Part shown: in pieces, positions 38,637-51,810 of the stretch
Layout: each line of letters opens with the position of its first letter
How positions within the stretch are numbered: the first letter of the stretch is position 1
Assembly (NCBI GenBank): GCA_026770705.1
Contig: JANJGN010000036.1
Location: 1,178,001 to 1,242,000 of the forward strand
From: Isurus oxyrinchus
Taxonomy: Eukaryota
Length of the DNA: 64,000 nt
Direction: 5' to 3'
Made by a program: the position numbers and the translations under genes
The notes under the pieces: generated by a model
Told to the model about the DNA's origin: nothing
Databases searched by the model: none
Seen by the model: only the letters and a program-made list of their open reading frames with translations

Positions 38637-40067
38637 TGCACTATATAAAAAGGAAAGTAGAGAGAAAACAAGGATTTATAGACCAGTCAGCTTAACGTCG
38701 GTAGTGGGCAAAATTCTAGCGTCCATTATAGAAGCTTTAATAGCTGAGCACGTAGAAAACAGTGTCAGAATCTGACAGAGTCAGCAGGGGTTTATGAAAG
38801 GGAAATCCTGCTTGACAAATCTACTGGAAATTTTCGAGAATGAAACTGGTAGAGTTGATGAGGGGGAGCCAGTGGATGTGGTTCACTTGGAATTCCAGAC
38901 GGCTTTTGACAAAGTCCCACATGAGAGATTAGCTTGTAAAATTAAAGCACATGGGATTGGGGGTCATGTGTTGGGATGCATAGAAAACTGGTTGGCATGC
39001 AGGAAACAAAGAGTAGGTAGGAACGGTTTTTTTCCGAATGGCAGGCAGTGAATAACGGGGTACTGCAGGGACCGCGCTGGGACCCCAGCTGTTCACAACA
39101 CATATTAAGGATTTAAATAAGGGAGCTAAATATGATATTTCCAGATTTACAGATGACACAAAGCTGGCTGGGAGGATGAGCTGTGCGGAGGATACAAATA
39201 TGCTTCAGATTGATTTGGACAAGCTGAGCGAGTGGGCGAATCCATGGCAGATGTAAAGTACTGAGGATAAATGTGAGGTTATCCACATTGGTAGAAAAAA
39301 AACAGGAACCAATGTTATTTCCTGAATGGTTATAAATTGAGAGAAAGGAATGTGCAAGGAGAATTGGGTGTCCTCACACACCAGTCATTGAATGTAAGCA
39401 TGCAGGTGCAGCAGGCAGTAAAGAAGACAAATGGTATGTTTGCCGTCATAGCAAAAGGATTCGAGTGCAGGGGCAGGGACATCTAGCTGCAAGGGCCTTG
39501 GTGAAACCACACTTGGAATATTGTGAGCAGTTTTGGTCTCCTTATCTGAGGAAGGCTTTTCTTGCTATAGATGGAATGCTGCAAAGGTTAACCAGACTGA
39601 TTCCTGGGATGGTGGGACTGACGTATGAGGAGAGATAGGATTATATTTCCTGGAGTTCAGAAGAATGAGGGGGGATCTTATAGAATCCTATAAAATGTTA
39701 ACAGGGCTAGACAGGGTAGATGCAGGAAGGGTGTTCCAGATGGCGGGTGAGTCCAGAATCAGGGGTCATAGGTTGAGGATACGGGCTATACCATATAGGG
39801 TTGAGATGAAGAGAAATTTCTTCAGCCAGAGAGTGGTGAGCCTGTGGAATTCGCTCCCACGCAAAGTAGCTGAGGCCAAAAAATTGTATGTTTTCAAGAA
39901 GGAGTTAGATATAGCTCTTGGGGTTAAAAGGATATCAAAGGATATGGGGAGAAAGCCGGAGAAGGCTATTGAGTTGGATGATCATCCATGATCATAATGA
40001 ATGGCTGAACAGTCTCGAAGGGCTGAGTGGTCTACTCCTGCTCCTTTTTTTTTACTATGTTTCTATG
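38637..40067 (+). mobile_element. CR1-like LINE (5'-truncated RT region) with TAATAC target-site duplication
   Basis: YRPVSLTS, KGKSCLTNLLE, AFDKVPH, F.DDTKL motifs; TAATAC at 38631-38636 and 40068-40073; absent from the paralogous site at ~3500. Confidence 0.92.
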
Positions 40068-42006
40068 TAATACAATTTAGTGCATTTTAGCGACCAAAGT
40101 CACTGGGTCAAAGGCACTTAAAACACAGGAGGAGGCTATTCGGCCCGTCACGCCGGTGCTGGCTTTTTGAATGTGCACTTTAGTACCACACCTGAGCTGT
40201 CTCTTCATGACCCTATGAATTAGTCCCTTGTAACACACCACCCGTTAAATGTTAGTCTCTTTCCTAAATACAGCACATCCCTTTGACTGTGATTGAAAGT
40301 GGCTTGCTGGCGATGTTAATAATTCACAAACATTGGCTGCTCACATTACATTATCGGTCCAACGTGTGAGTTAATATGATGTTTAACTGAGATGATGTAA
40401 TCTATTTCCATGACATTTTTCATCTTAACAGGATTAAAAATTTGCTGTGGATACAGTTGGTGCGCTGATTACTAGATATTTTTGTTGATGATTAAACTCT
40501 GGCCTGCAGAAAATATTGTAACTCCTATTCGTAGCAGATAGGAATATTTCTAAATTAACACAAACGTTGTTTTGTTGTCAAGACTCATTCTGCATAGACA
40601 TTTTCAGAGTATTTCAGGACACTTATTACAAGATGCAAATGGAAAAGTCAACCTGCTAATCACAGTTCATCTGTCCGGCAAGGTTTTGTCATCTTCAACC
40701 TGCAGGAAAATAACTTTTTCCTTAAAAATACCAGGGTTCTTTGCAAGCGTTTCCCTATTCTTCCTACCCAGAGAACCATTCCTGGCGCTGATAACTCTGT
40801 GTCTGATCGGCCTCCAGGCATCAGTCTTCATAATATCTTGACCTATTAAGCCCAGGGACACACTGGAGCCATTCAGTCTCACCGGTTGGACCTGGCATTC
40901 TATCTGTTCATGGCTGAAGTTAGAAAATTGAGGTAGTTTAAGTACGTTATGTGTGTTTTTGTGTTTTTTAAGTATAATGTACATATTTAAGTTTAGTTTA
41001 ATTTATATATTTTTTTGTATTTGTCGATTAATATGTGAATCGTGGGAACTAGTTGCATTTTTGAATAGAATTAGCAGGTCTATGGCACTGTTTTTATACT
41101 TCCGTTTCCAATCTGTTTTATGACACTTCAATATAAGGTAAAACAATTGCAAGAGTAGAACAAACGGTGCAGCTGCCTAGCAATAGGCGTCCAGTAAGGG
41201 AGGCTATCGCACACATGCACACCGACACACACACACACACATAAACACACACACTCGCAGAAAGACTCAGAGAACGAGAGCGAGAGAGAAAGCAGAAGTT
41301 TGATTTCACTTGAAAGCAGCTGCCAGAGAGAGGTTAGAGAGCCGAGCTTCAGATAGCTTGGCCCAAACTGAAGTTGCAGCCACAAATCCGGATAAGCAAT
41401 CTATGAGAAGGGGCTGCAGAGAGCAGATTTCCCAGAAGAACCGAAAGCTCCCAGACTCAAGGGCTGAGACAGAAATGTTACAAAGTCCAAAGAAGGCGTT
41501 TTAGTCAAATGAAGGACAGGAACCTAGAGTCGAATTGATTGTATATGTGGATATGCTCATTTTAACGTGCAAATCTATCAGGACAGTCACAGCAAGGAAG
41601 CTTTGTTCACGTTGCATCTAAACCTCAGCTCTTCACGTGCAAAAACGGGCAGTTGCCAGTGAGGGAGAAACAGCATCAGACGCCAAGTCTGCTGGCCCCG
41701 AAGAAGGTGGTTAATGAACTGAATCATACAATTCGCATCCAAGTTTGAGCAGTTTTGAAAGGAAATAGTTAATGAGTCCTTCGGAGACAGAATTAAAAAA
41801 GGTTTGAATTTATAATTACAGGTTCAAATACATTAATGACGGAGTGGGTGGGCGTTTAGTTCATTAGTACATTATGAGACAGTTCACTGGTATAAGCAAT
41901 TCTTCAAAATAAATCGGACAGAAGGCCTTATAAATGTGTTGCTAAAGTATTGCCTTAAATTTTAGTCATGGGCTATTTGGCGAGAGAATCTGATTGCCGA
42001 TATTCC

Positions 42007-43293
42007 AAATTCTAAGATCAGTGGTGGCGAAACAAATAGAAACGACCCCGGGGGAAAGAATTAATCTACGCTTGGAGAGGCAGGGATTAATCAAGGACAG
42101 TCAGCATGGATTTAAGGGGAGGCCACTTCTGACCAATTTGATTGATTGTACAAAGAAATCACCAGGCTTGTAGATGAGGGCAATGCATTTGACATAGTCT
42201 ATTTGGACTTAAGGAAGGCTTTCAATAACGTGCTACATGGGAGACTGATAACGAAGTGAAAACCCCATGGTATTCAAGGCAATTTGGCAAACCGGATCCA
42301 GAATCGGCTGAGTGGCAGGAAGCAGAGGGTGATGGTCAAAGGATGTTTTAGTGACTGGTGCCTGTGTCCAGTGGGTTTCCACAGGGATTGGTCTTGTGTC
42401 CTTTGCTCTTTGTGGTACATGTAAATGATTTAGAATTGAATGTAGGAAGGCTGTTCAGTAAGTTTGCGGATGACACAAAAATTGGTGGGACGATAAATAG
42501 TGAGGAGGATCGGCTTTGATTACAAGAGGATATAGACAGATCGGCTGATGAGTGGCAAATAGAATTTAAGTCGGATAAGTGTGAGGTAATGCACTAGGGC
42601 AGGGCAAAAAAGGCACAGGAATACACGATAAATGGTAGAACCCTGGGAAATACCGAGGATCAGAGGGACCTTGGTGTGCTTGTCCGCCGGGCCCTTAATG
42701 TAGTGGTACAGGTAGTTAAGTGTTAAGAAGTCATATGAGACACTTGACTTTATTAGCCGAGGCATAAAATATAAGGTCAGGGAGGTTATGCTGGAGCTGT
42801 ATAAAACTTTGGCTGAGGCCACAGCTAGAGTATTGCACGCAGTCCTGGAATCCGCATTATAGGAAGGATGTGATTGCACTGGAGAGAGTGGAGAGGAAAT
42901 GTACCAGTCTGCAGAGTTTTAATGATGAGAGGAGATTGGATAGGCAGAGTTTATTTTCCTTGGAGCAGAGGAGATTGAGGGGGACATGGTTGAACTGTAT
43001 GAAATTATGAGGGCCATAGATACGGTAGACAGGAAGCAACTATACCCCTTGGTGAAGAGATCAATAACCAGGGGGATAGATTTAAGGTGAGAGGCAGGAT
43101 CTTTAGGGGGTATGTGAGGAAGAACCTTTTCACCCAGAGGGTGCATGTCAGATGCCATGGCATACAAGGCTATCGGCCTATTGTAGTAAAATAGGATTAC
43201 AATAGTTTGGCACTTGTTTGACTGGCGCAGACTCTATGGGCCGAAGGACCTTTCTCTGTGCTACCTACCCTTATGAATCTATGACTCTCTGAG
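42007..43293 (+). mobile_element. CR1-like LINE RT region inserted after the segmental duplication
   Basis: SQHGF, SKFADDTKIG motifs; interrupts gatattcca|cccatgatg, which is intact at ~6145. Confidence 0.88.
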
Positions 43294-44039
43294 TCCACCC
43301 ATGATGAATACCTGGATGATTCATGGTATCACAAACTGCAGGTTAATGGGCAGCAGGTTGAATTGTTTGCGTCGGGTCAAGAAATTGTTGGCCCTGGTTT
43401 TGAGGTTATACCAACCAGGAAAGACTAAATAGGCTGGGGCTCATTCCCCCAGAAAAGTAGAGGCTGAAGGGGTGACCTGATACATGTTTTAAGTTATGAA
43501 CATATTCGATATGGTAGAACTAAAGAAGGTGTTCCTACTTGTGGCAGATAGATCAGAACTAGAAGCCATCAGTATAAGATAGTCATCAATAAATCCAATC
43601 AGGAATTCAGGATGAACATCGTTACTTATCTGATGCGAAGAATGTGGAATTCTCTCCCACAGGCTGTGGTCGGGGTGAATCGCAGCAATGCATTTAAGGG
43701 GTAATCAGGATAAACACACGAATTGTAAGGGATAGCGGATATGTTGATGCAGTGGAATGACAAGGAACGGGAGGAAGTTCCAGTGGAAGAGATACACCGG
43801 CACAGAGCAGATGGCCCATGCTCCGCTTATCCACAGTGGAATTTCTGACACAAAGAGGGGGGCGGGAAGGCAGGTTCTGGGTGAAGCAATTATTAAAATT
43901 TTAGCGTTATATTATAGTTTTCTTTTTTTTTTTGAAACCAGAAATAACATAATGTTGCATCGGTGAATTAAGCAGAACACTCGGAATAAGGGACATTTCC
44001 ACACTGCCCACGCAAACGTCACAAGCAGTCGTTTTGTTG

Positions 44040-47000
44040 AATTCAGTACCATTGCCTTTTGTCTCTAGCTTGAACCAGCCTGGACACTGTACCGCCTGTG
44101 ACGCGTGTTTACCACGATCTGTAGCGTGTTGCCCTTTGCGAGCAGGGCCGTGTGTGTCTCCTAAACTGTAAACAGGAAACCCTGAGCAAAAATTTAAAGA
44201 GCGCTGATTTTTCCAGTGAGCTATTTTTAAACGTTGCACCCAATTAAAGCAGCATGTGCATTTGCATCACATCTTCCGAGCCCGGGTCCGAGACAGAGAA
44301 ATCCGAGCGAAGAGGCTGCGCAAATCTCAAAGGAACCAGCTCGGGATCGGAGACCATTTGCTTCTTAATGTCCTGTGCATCGGTTTCCAGGTTTGAGCCT
44401 TCTTCACTCCTCATTCAGGAAGGTTTAAGACATCTGAGATAGTCAGCCTAGTAGACAATTATCCCCATGGCTATACTCTATAATATTATCTTCATGTTGT
44501 TGGACTGAGTTGTGTCCACCTGCTCAAAACTGATCATATCACCATTCTGCAATCTAACTCAAAACATGTTCAAACGACATCCTTTCCCTGCCTCTTGCGG
44601 TTGCAAAGACTCCCAGGGCCACTATTAGCAGAGAAACGGAGTGGTGGGGAAGGGGCGGCGCAGTTCCCACCTGTGCCCCTGGGGCCATTTTTTATCCCCG
44701 AAACAGAATCATTAAAAGCACGTCCTGGATCATAGTCACTTTGTTACTTGTGCGTCTTGTTACGCTCCGTTAAGGCTGCCGCATTTCCTACGTAACATCA
44801 GAGACTGCATTTAAAAAAATGGCCTTCATTTTCTCTGATGCGCCTCTTCTTCCCTATTGCCCATGTTATTGTTTCAAATTTACCCCTCAGCGTTTGAGTC
44901 CATTAACATGTATTAACCAGTGGGTGGTCTATTTACATTTTACTGTAGTAGCTGATTCGCCTGAGCGAACATTTTCTTCCTCCCTGCCATAGCAGAATCC
45001 ATAGTATTAATTATGTACCGCAGTTATGTATGTATCTCTCAGGCATGTATTACTGTGCAGCTAAAAAGCTCTGTAGCGTGTCTTTACGTTTGAAAATGGT
45101 TTAAAATTGTTTGTCACTGGTATAAATGATGATGTTTTTACAATTGCATTATCAATAACCAGGAAGTTATGACCAATAGCCATCGAATCTCAAAGCGCGA
45201 TCCCATCACGTTGTCCAATAATCGACCTTTGAACTCCGCCTTCTGCTGAATTCTCTCGATGAGAGTGGACCTTTAGGTATGCTTGGGGAAGTGTGTGGAC
45301 CGAGATTCCTTTGCTGCCCACTGGAAAGTTTCGGATGGGGTGCCCAGGGACAGAGTGATTCCATGATAATCGAGCCGGACAGGACCTACCCCATCAGGAG
45401 TTACATAATCCTCTGGGTGGAAACTTGGAGCAGTGTCTCCAAACAACGCAAGTGAAAATCTTCCAAGTGTAATTACCTTATCTCAGAGAGGAAACTGTTA
45501 ACAGTTTGCTCGTGCATTTAATGTGCGGCCTATTATTTTGTCATATCTCTTTGCACATCTGAGCTTCCCCCTTCAATGTGTTCACGTATCATTTTCAGAG
45601 CCCTTATCCCGCTCTCATGTATCTCAGAATTTCAGAGTTTATCTTTCAGAATTCTTAGTCCATCTGTCTAGTAAGGATAAAATCCCAATTTTCTGTTTAC
45701 CACTTTCCCTCTCACTTGCTATACGACATTATGTGAATCCCATAGGGCGGAGCTTCCAGCACTGAGACAGTGCACTCTCCTATTTGGCTCGCGGCTGTTG
45801 TTTCTGCTTCAGAAGAACCTCCTCCCACTACTCTTCACCTCAGCTCATCACCACGTCCTTCTGCTGCTTCCTCCCTCATGTGCTTATACAGCGTCAACCA
45901 TTAATCGATATCTGCAATTCACCTCAACCGCTGCGTGTGGGAAACTGCTACACATTGTCCCTGCTTCCTGATTAAAGAGTTTCCCCCTGAACTCTCGACT
46001 GGATTTATTAGTGAATGTGTGACATTGATGGTTTCTAGTTCTGGTCTCCTCAAAAAGTGCCAATACCTTTTCTACTCCTGCACAAAAGTCCCTTTTATAA
46101 TCTTAAAGATATTGATTAGGTTACCCGACAGAGTCCTCTTTTCTCGAAAAAAAGATACAGCCTGTTCAAACTTTCCTGATTGGCATAACCTCTCATTTCT
46201 GGTAACATTCCAGTAAACCTTATCTTTTTCGCTCCGTTCCTTGTGCCTGCATATTCTTTTTATGATATGCAGCCCAGGATAACTCGCAGGACTCCATGTA
46301 CAGTCTAGCTAATTTCTGATATACTTTAATGTTGCCTCTCTTCTTTTCTTTGCTGGCCCTGGCTTTTATCACCTTATTAACCTCTGTTATTTTTTTCAAT
46401 GATTTTTGTCTTGTGCCTCTGAACTCTCTGCTCTTCTGTCCGATTTCAACGGTTATGTTCCATTGATTGTGTAGCCCAAACGCTGTCATATGTCTAACCC
46501 GGGCCAAAACTATTCTTCTTCCTAGATAAACGGTCTCTATATAACGTTTCATCCAAGACAAAGGAAAGGAATCCACTGGATGACTATAAGCTGGTTAGTC
46601 TTTCATGCATGGCGGACAAACGCTGAGAAGTTAATTGCTATACATGAAATTGGTGAGTATTTCATAATAGTTGGGTTCGTTAAGGGCACCCAGCACCGAC
46701 CTGTGAATGTGTAGTCATGCTTAACACATTTAATAGGGATTGGCCTTTCAAGAATTATCCGAGTGGATAGTTAAATAGAATGCAGTTCATGGGGTTCCAC
46801 GAGGTCTTCATGTGTTTGTGCTTTATAAATTTATCTATGTATCCCTGACTCGCACCGGGTCTTCTNNNNNNNNNNNNNNNNNNNNNNNNNNNNNNNNNNN
46901 NNNNNNNNNNNNNNNNNNNNNNNNNNNNNNNNNNNNNNNNNNNNNNNNNNNNNNNNNNNNNNNNNNNNNNNNNNNNNNNNNNNNNNNNNNNNNNNNNNNN

Positions 47001-48162
47001 NNNNNNNNNNNNNNNNNNNNNNNNNNNNNNNNNNNNNNNNNNNNNNNNNNNNNNNNNNNNNNNNNNNNNNNNNNNNNNNNNNNNNNNNNNNNNNNNNNNN
47101 NNNNNNNNNNNNNNNNACATATCTGTCCATCTATTCTATCCATCCGTCTTCCTCTATCATTCTCTCACACGCTGCCTTTGTGACTGTCTTCCTCTATCTA
47201 GCCATCCATATAGCTTCAAATTTCCAAATTGGCTTCACTTGCCTAATAAATGTCGATTTAAAAAAAAATGTGCTTGATGAAGTTAGTGACAGTGACAAGA
47301 CTGACATTGTTTACCCTTCCCGAGCCACCATGCGTAGTTTGTGCTGGAAGTCGTTGAATGTAATGCAAGAGACAAACGGCACGAATTTCAGTATTTTTCT
47401 GAAATACAATGAGATTCTTCAATTCTTGCTCCCTACCACTTGCAGTTCCAATTTTCAGAGATTTCGTCCGAGGCAGGATTTCTCCTTCAGGGGATGGTTC
47501 TTGTGCCCGGGAGAAGGGGTTGCAGGAACCGGCAGTCAGGGAGAGATTATCAGGAGAAGCTGTAACTCCGCTGCGCTCCCAATGCATCCATTAATCAGTG
47601 GGTTTGTGGCAGTTTCAGCTGTTTGCATGTGAATTGATGTCATTTCAGCTAAGTTTAAATTTCACTTTCTAACAGGCAACATGAACAGTGATGCTGAAAT
47701 GACACATTCCAGAGCAACGACACAAGAAAATGCGGTTACTATGGATGGAATTGTTTCCTAACATGTGCAGATACTTTTCACTGAATTTTAATCTAAGTTT
47801 TAAAGTCCATTGTTAATGACATATGCGTCTAAGCGATTTTGCATCGTACATATTGCAAGATAACACGGTTTACACGTGATACAACATTGTGAAAATAGAT
47901 GAAAAATATAGATAGGTGTTCAATTAAATATGTCAAAATTGAGATTGATAAGCTTTCGCTGGGTAAAGGGGATTAAATGTTGGGGAACGTAGGAGAGGAG
48001 ATGGGGTTAAGATACAAATCAGAAAAGACGTTATTGTAAGACAGAACATGCTCGACGGGCTGAATGGACTCCTGATGATGGGAAGCTCACTATTACTATT
48101 TGCGTTTCCTCTTACAGACTGTTTTTGCTCGGCTGGCGTTTAATGCGAATCCCACAGTCTGA
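44040..48162 (+). pseudogene. Type I-like relic D
   Basis: Promoter/first exon to 44215; V relic 44866-45119 (SGMYYCAA.../FENGLKLFVT G|gt); C1 relic ~45200-45490 (HWKVS, EPDRTYPIRSY, ETWS); frameshifted TM ~47420-47539 with dead donor; exon 47676-47734; terminal exon 48118-48162 TVFARLAFNANPTV*. Confidence 0.85.
46866..47116. other. Assembly gap
   Basis: Run of N. Confidence 1.
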
Positions 48163-49369
48163 CTGCAAACGAGATTGAGAGCTCAAGTTCTGCTTCCGGG
48201 CTATGAAGTGTAGTGGAAAAATTCCTCTCTTGTGAGCTTATGGAGCAACGCCTAGAGGTGTGACCCTTTCCAAGAGACAGCCATGGCAAATTATGTTCAT
48301 GGCTGAATTATTATTTATTAATAAAAATGAGCAATGGAGCATGCCGACAAGTCAGCTACTCCTGAGTCCTCAATTCTGAAAGAACAGGTCCTTTTTCAAG
48401 CCCAAATTGACTCTCTGGAGTTTTAGCTTTGGGCTCAGTATCAATATGTTTCTACTGTCTTGTGGCAGTGTTTTTATGTTCATTCTGCATCTTTGTGTAG
48501 CGCTTGAGCAGGAAAGAGCGCATCAGTGTCCAAGTTAGCAATCATTAAACACGTTTTGAAATGCAAACACTGTTTGGGACTTCAGGCTGTTTGGCCCCTC
48601 AGTGCAGTTGTGCTCAGTGATTCTGCAATAGCAGGGTACAGGATATCTTTATAGGACATATGTTTGCAGGTTAAACGTGGAAGCAATTCAACAAGAATGA
48701 TACAAGAGCTAAGAGGTGATGATGCCGGGGAAGATTGAACATTCGGGGCCTCTTTTCTCCCCAAAAAAGAAGGCTAAGGGGTGACCTGATGAAGATATTT
48801 CAAATTATGAAACGATTTGATACGTGGAGGCAGAGAGAGAATGCTACCATTTGCAGGCAGAGCTACAGCAAAGGCCATGAACATGAGATATTTGCTAATA
48901 ATTCCATTGGGGAATTCAGGAATAATTGCTTTCCCAGGAGAAAGGAGAGAATACAGAACTCACCACCACAGTGTGCGGTCGAGGGAATATCAGAGATGCA
49001 ATTAACGGGGAAGCTGGACAACTTCGTCATGAATAAAGACATAGGAGGACATGTTGATGGGGTGAGGGTGTTGGAGGAGGGTCGTCTGAAGCACAAACAC
49101 CAGCAGAGTGCAGAGCGGCTGAATAGCTTGTTCCTGCTCCTGACATTATTTTGAATTTTGTAAAGCAGAACACATGAGCAGTGACTGAAAGCTCTTTGTT
49201 TGGAAAACTTTGCATCATTAACACAATTCCTTCTTCACACTAAAATAAATAACTAAATGTGAAATTGGGATTCAGCGGACCGAGGTGATCTGATATTTTT
49301 GCGTTACCCCTTCAAGATTATAAATATTAAAAATTAAGGTTTGAAACCACTGCTTTTAAAGATACATGT

Positions 49370-50545
49370 TACATGGAATCACAGAATCACACAGTGCAGA
49401 AAAGGCCCTTTGGCCCAAGGAGTCTGCACTGAACCGTGAGAAACACCTGACCTACCTATGTAATCCCATTTTCCAGCACTTGGCCCATAGTCTTGAATGT
49501 TATGACTTGCCAAGCGCTCATCCGTGTACTTCTTAAATGATGTGAGGCAACCAACCTCTACTGCCATCCCAGGAAACGCATTCCAGACCGTCAGCACCCT
49601 CTTGTTAAAAACGTTTTACCTCACATGCCCCTTAAACTGCTTGCCGCTCACCTCGAAGTTATGTCCCCTCGTGACTGACCCGTCCAATAAGGGGAAAAAG
49701 TGCTCCCTATCCACGCTGTCCATGCTCCTCAGAAATTTGTTCACCTCGATCAGGCCGCCCCTCAGTCTTCTGAGCTCCAACGAAAACAACTCAAGTCTAA
49801 CTAACCTCTCATCATAACTTAAATGTTTCATCCCGGACAACATCCTGGTGAATCTCTGCTGCAACCCCTCCAGTGCAATCACATCCTTCCTATAATGTGG
49901 CGACCAGAAATGCACACAGTACTCCAGCTGTGGCCTGACCAAGGTTCTGTACAACTTCAACATGATCTCCCGACTTTTGTAATCTATGCCTCGATTGATA
50001 AAGGCAAGTGTCCCATGTGCATTTTTAACCAACCTATTAACATGCTCCTCCGCCTTCAGATATCTATGGACACACATGCCAAGGTCCCTTTATTCCTCAA
50101 GACTTATCAGTGTCATGCAGTTCATTGAATGCTTGCATGTCAAATTACTCCTTCCATAGGGTTAAATTCCATCTATCACTAATCTGTCCATTTGACCATC
50201 TCGTCTATATCTTCCTGTAGCCCCAGACACTCAACCTCACTGTTAGCCACCCGGCCAATCTTTGTACCATTCGCAAACTGACGAATCATACTCCCCATAT
50301 TATTACCTATGTCGTTCATATAAATGACGAACAATAGGGAACCCTTCACAGATCCTTGTGGTACGTGACTGGATGCTGGATTCCAGTCACAAAAACATCC
50401 TTCTCTCATCATCCTCTGTCTCCCATAATTAAGCCAATTTTTAATTCACCTAATGAAATTACCGTGTACCCCATGGGATTTGCATTCTTTATAATGATCT
50501 TATGTGGGCCTTGTCAAAGGCTCTGCTGAAATCCATATAAACTAC
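49370..50545 (-). mobile_element. CR1-like LINE RT 3' region
   Basis: ORFs 49616-50077 (LVRPQLEYCVHFWSPHY, LFSLELRRLRG) and 50179-50412 (VPQGSV, YMND, FA.GTKIG). Confidence 0.92.
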
Positions 50546-51565
50546 ATGAACTGCTCTACACTTACGACTTCAACTAATGTTATTCACTGATCAAGTGAAA
50601 TCCCACAGCCGTATTTTTCTTACTGATCAGATTTTTTTTTTCAATTTTGAAAACGAGGGAAAATCTTTATGATTATTGTATCAAGAAAAAGAAAATCTTA
50701 CCACACAAAATAAAAAATATACAGCTAAAGCAGTCTTACAAGGTATTCCTCCAAAGAAGAAACATTTTCAGAGTTCACGAGTAAACGATTTGGCAATAGC
50801 TCTTTTATGGAGTTTTTACTGAAAAAATCCAGCAATCCTACCCAAGGAAAAAATTGCTGCTGCTTTAGTAAAATATACGACACTCCCTCCCACTCTCTTC
50901 CAGTCTGCTCTGGAAATCTGAAGGGAGTTCGGATACAGACTTCCTCCTGAAAGCAAAGACTTTTCCCGTTTGATATCAGATGGCAGCTTCAAATTGTATT
51001 TTTTTTTCAGCACAAAGATGGTCTCAGGACATCTCCTCCATAGAGCCACCTCAACTCAACTACGCATTTCCGTTGCATATCTTCCCCTGCTCCCTTTCAC
51101 TCTGGCCTCCATTGAACTAAGCACCTCTTTGAACTAATTTTTTCCAACACGTGAAAATCCTCCATGTCTTCCTATTGCCTCAACTTTCGGCCAATTATTA
51201 ATAAATAACCTCCCCTTGTTTAATTATGAAATATTTGGAAGTGGTAAAAGTTCTTAAAGTTCACTTGAAATTTAGCAGCTTAAAAGACAAGTTCTTACCT
51301 ATCAGCTAATGCAATTTAAAAAGCCCATCACATTTTCTTATACTTGTAACATCACCATAACCTCTCGTTAAAATGATTGCATCCAGCAGAGTTATCTTTC
51401 TTCTCAGTTCTCACAGACAAGCTGTCTTTACTAACTTCCCCGGTTTAATTACCAATGAACACACAAACACAACCTTCTTTATAGAATACCACGATGTTCC
51501 CAAAATATATAAAAGCAGCATCCACCTTCACATACAAAACTCCACCCATTCATCTTGTTTCCCTT

Positions 51566-51810
51566 TCACTCACTACACCTACACTGCAAAAGGTATGGGA
51601 TACCAACGTCAGCAGCGTTCTGAGGGAGAAAGATCCATATTTTCACTCCATGTTCCACAGTAACTCTTGCACCAAAACATACTACACTCAAGGTAAATCT
51701 CTGACATGTAGATTCAAATGTGAACACAAATGAAAATACGCTGTGTAAAAGTGAAATAGAATCATCACAAGTTTCCTGAATCACTGCCCGTTTCCCTCTT
51801 CTGCTTTGTT
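51566..51810 (-). CDS. Gene B probable terminal coding exon (frame and stop uncertain)
   Basis: EQSRRGKRAVIQET aligns with EHSKRGTWAVMQET at 26459; an additional exon could be hidden in the 53341-53499 gap. Confidence 0.5.

Noticed and set aside
46755-47183. ORFs spanning N runs (also 53303-53572)
   Set aside because: Artefacts of assembly gaps
50690-51370. Possible retroviral gag-like remnant on the minus strand (WPK..., SLYPN)
   Set aside because: Too weak; no LTR, PBS or capsid motif recognised
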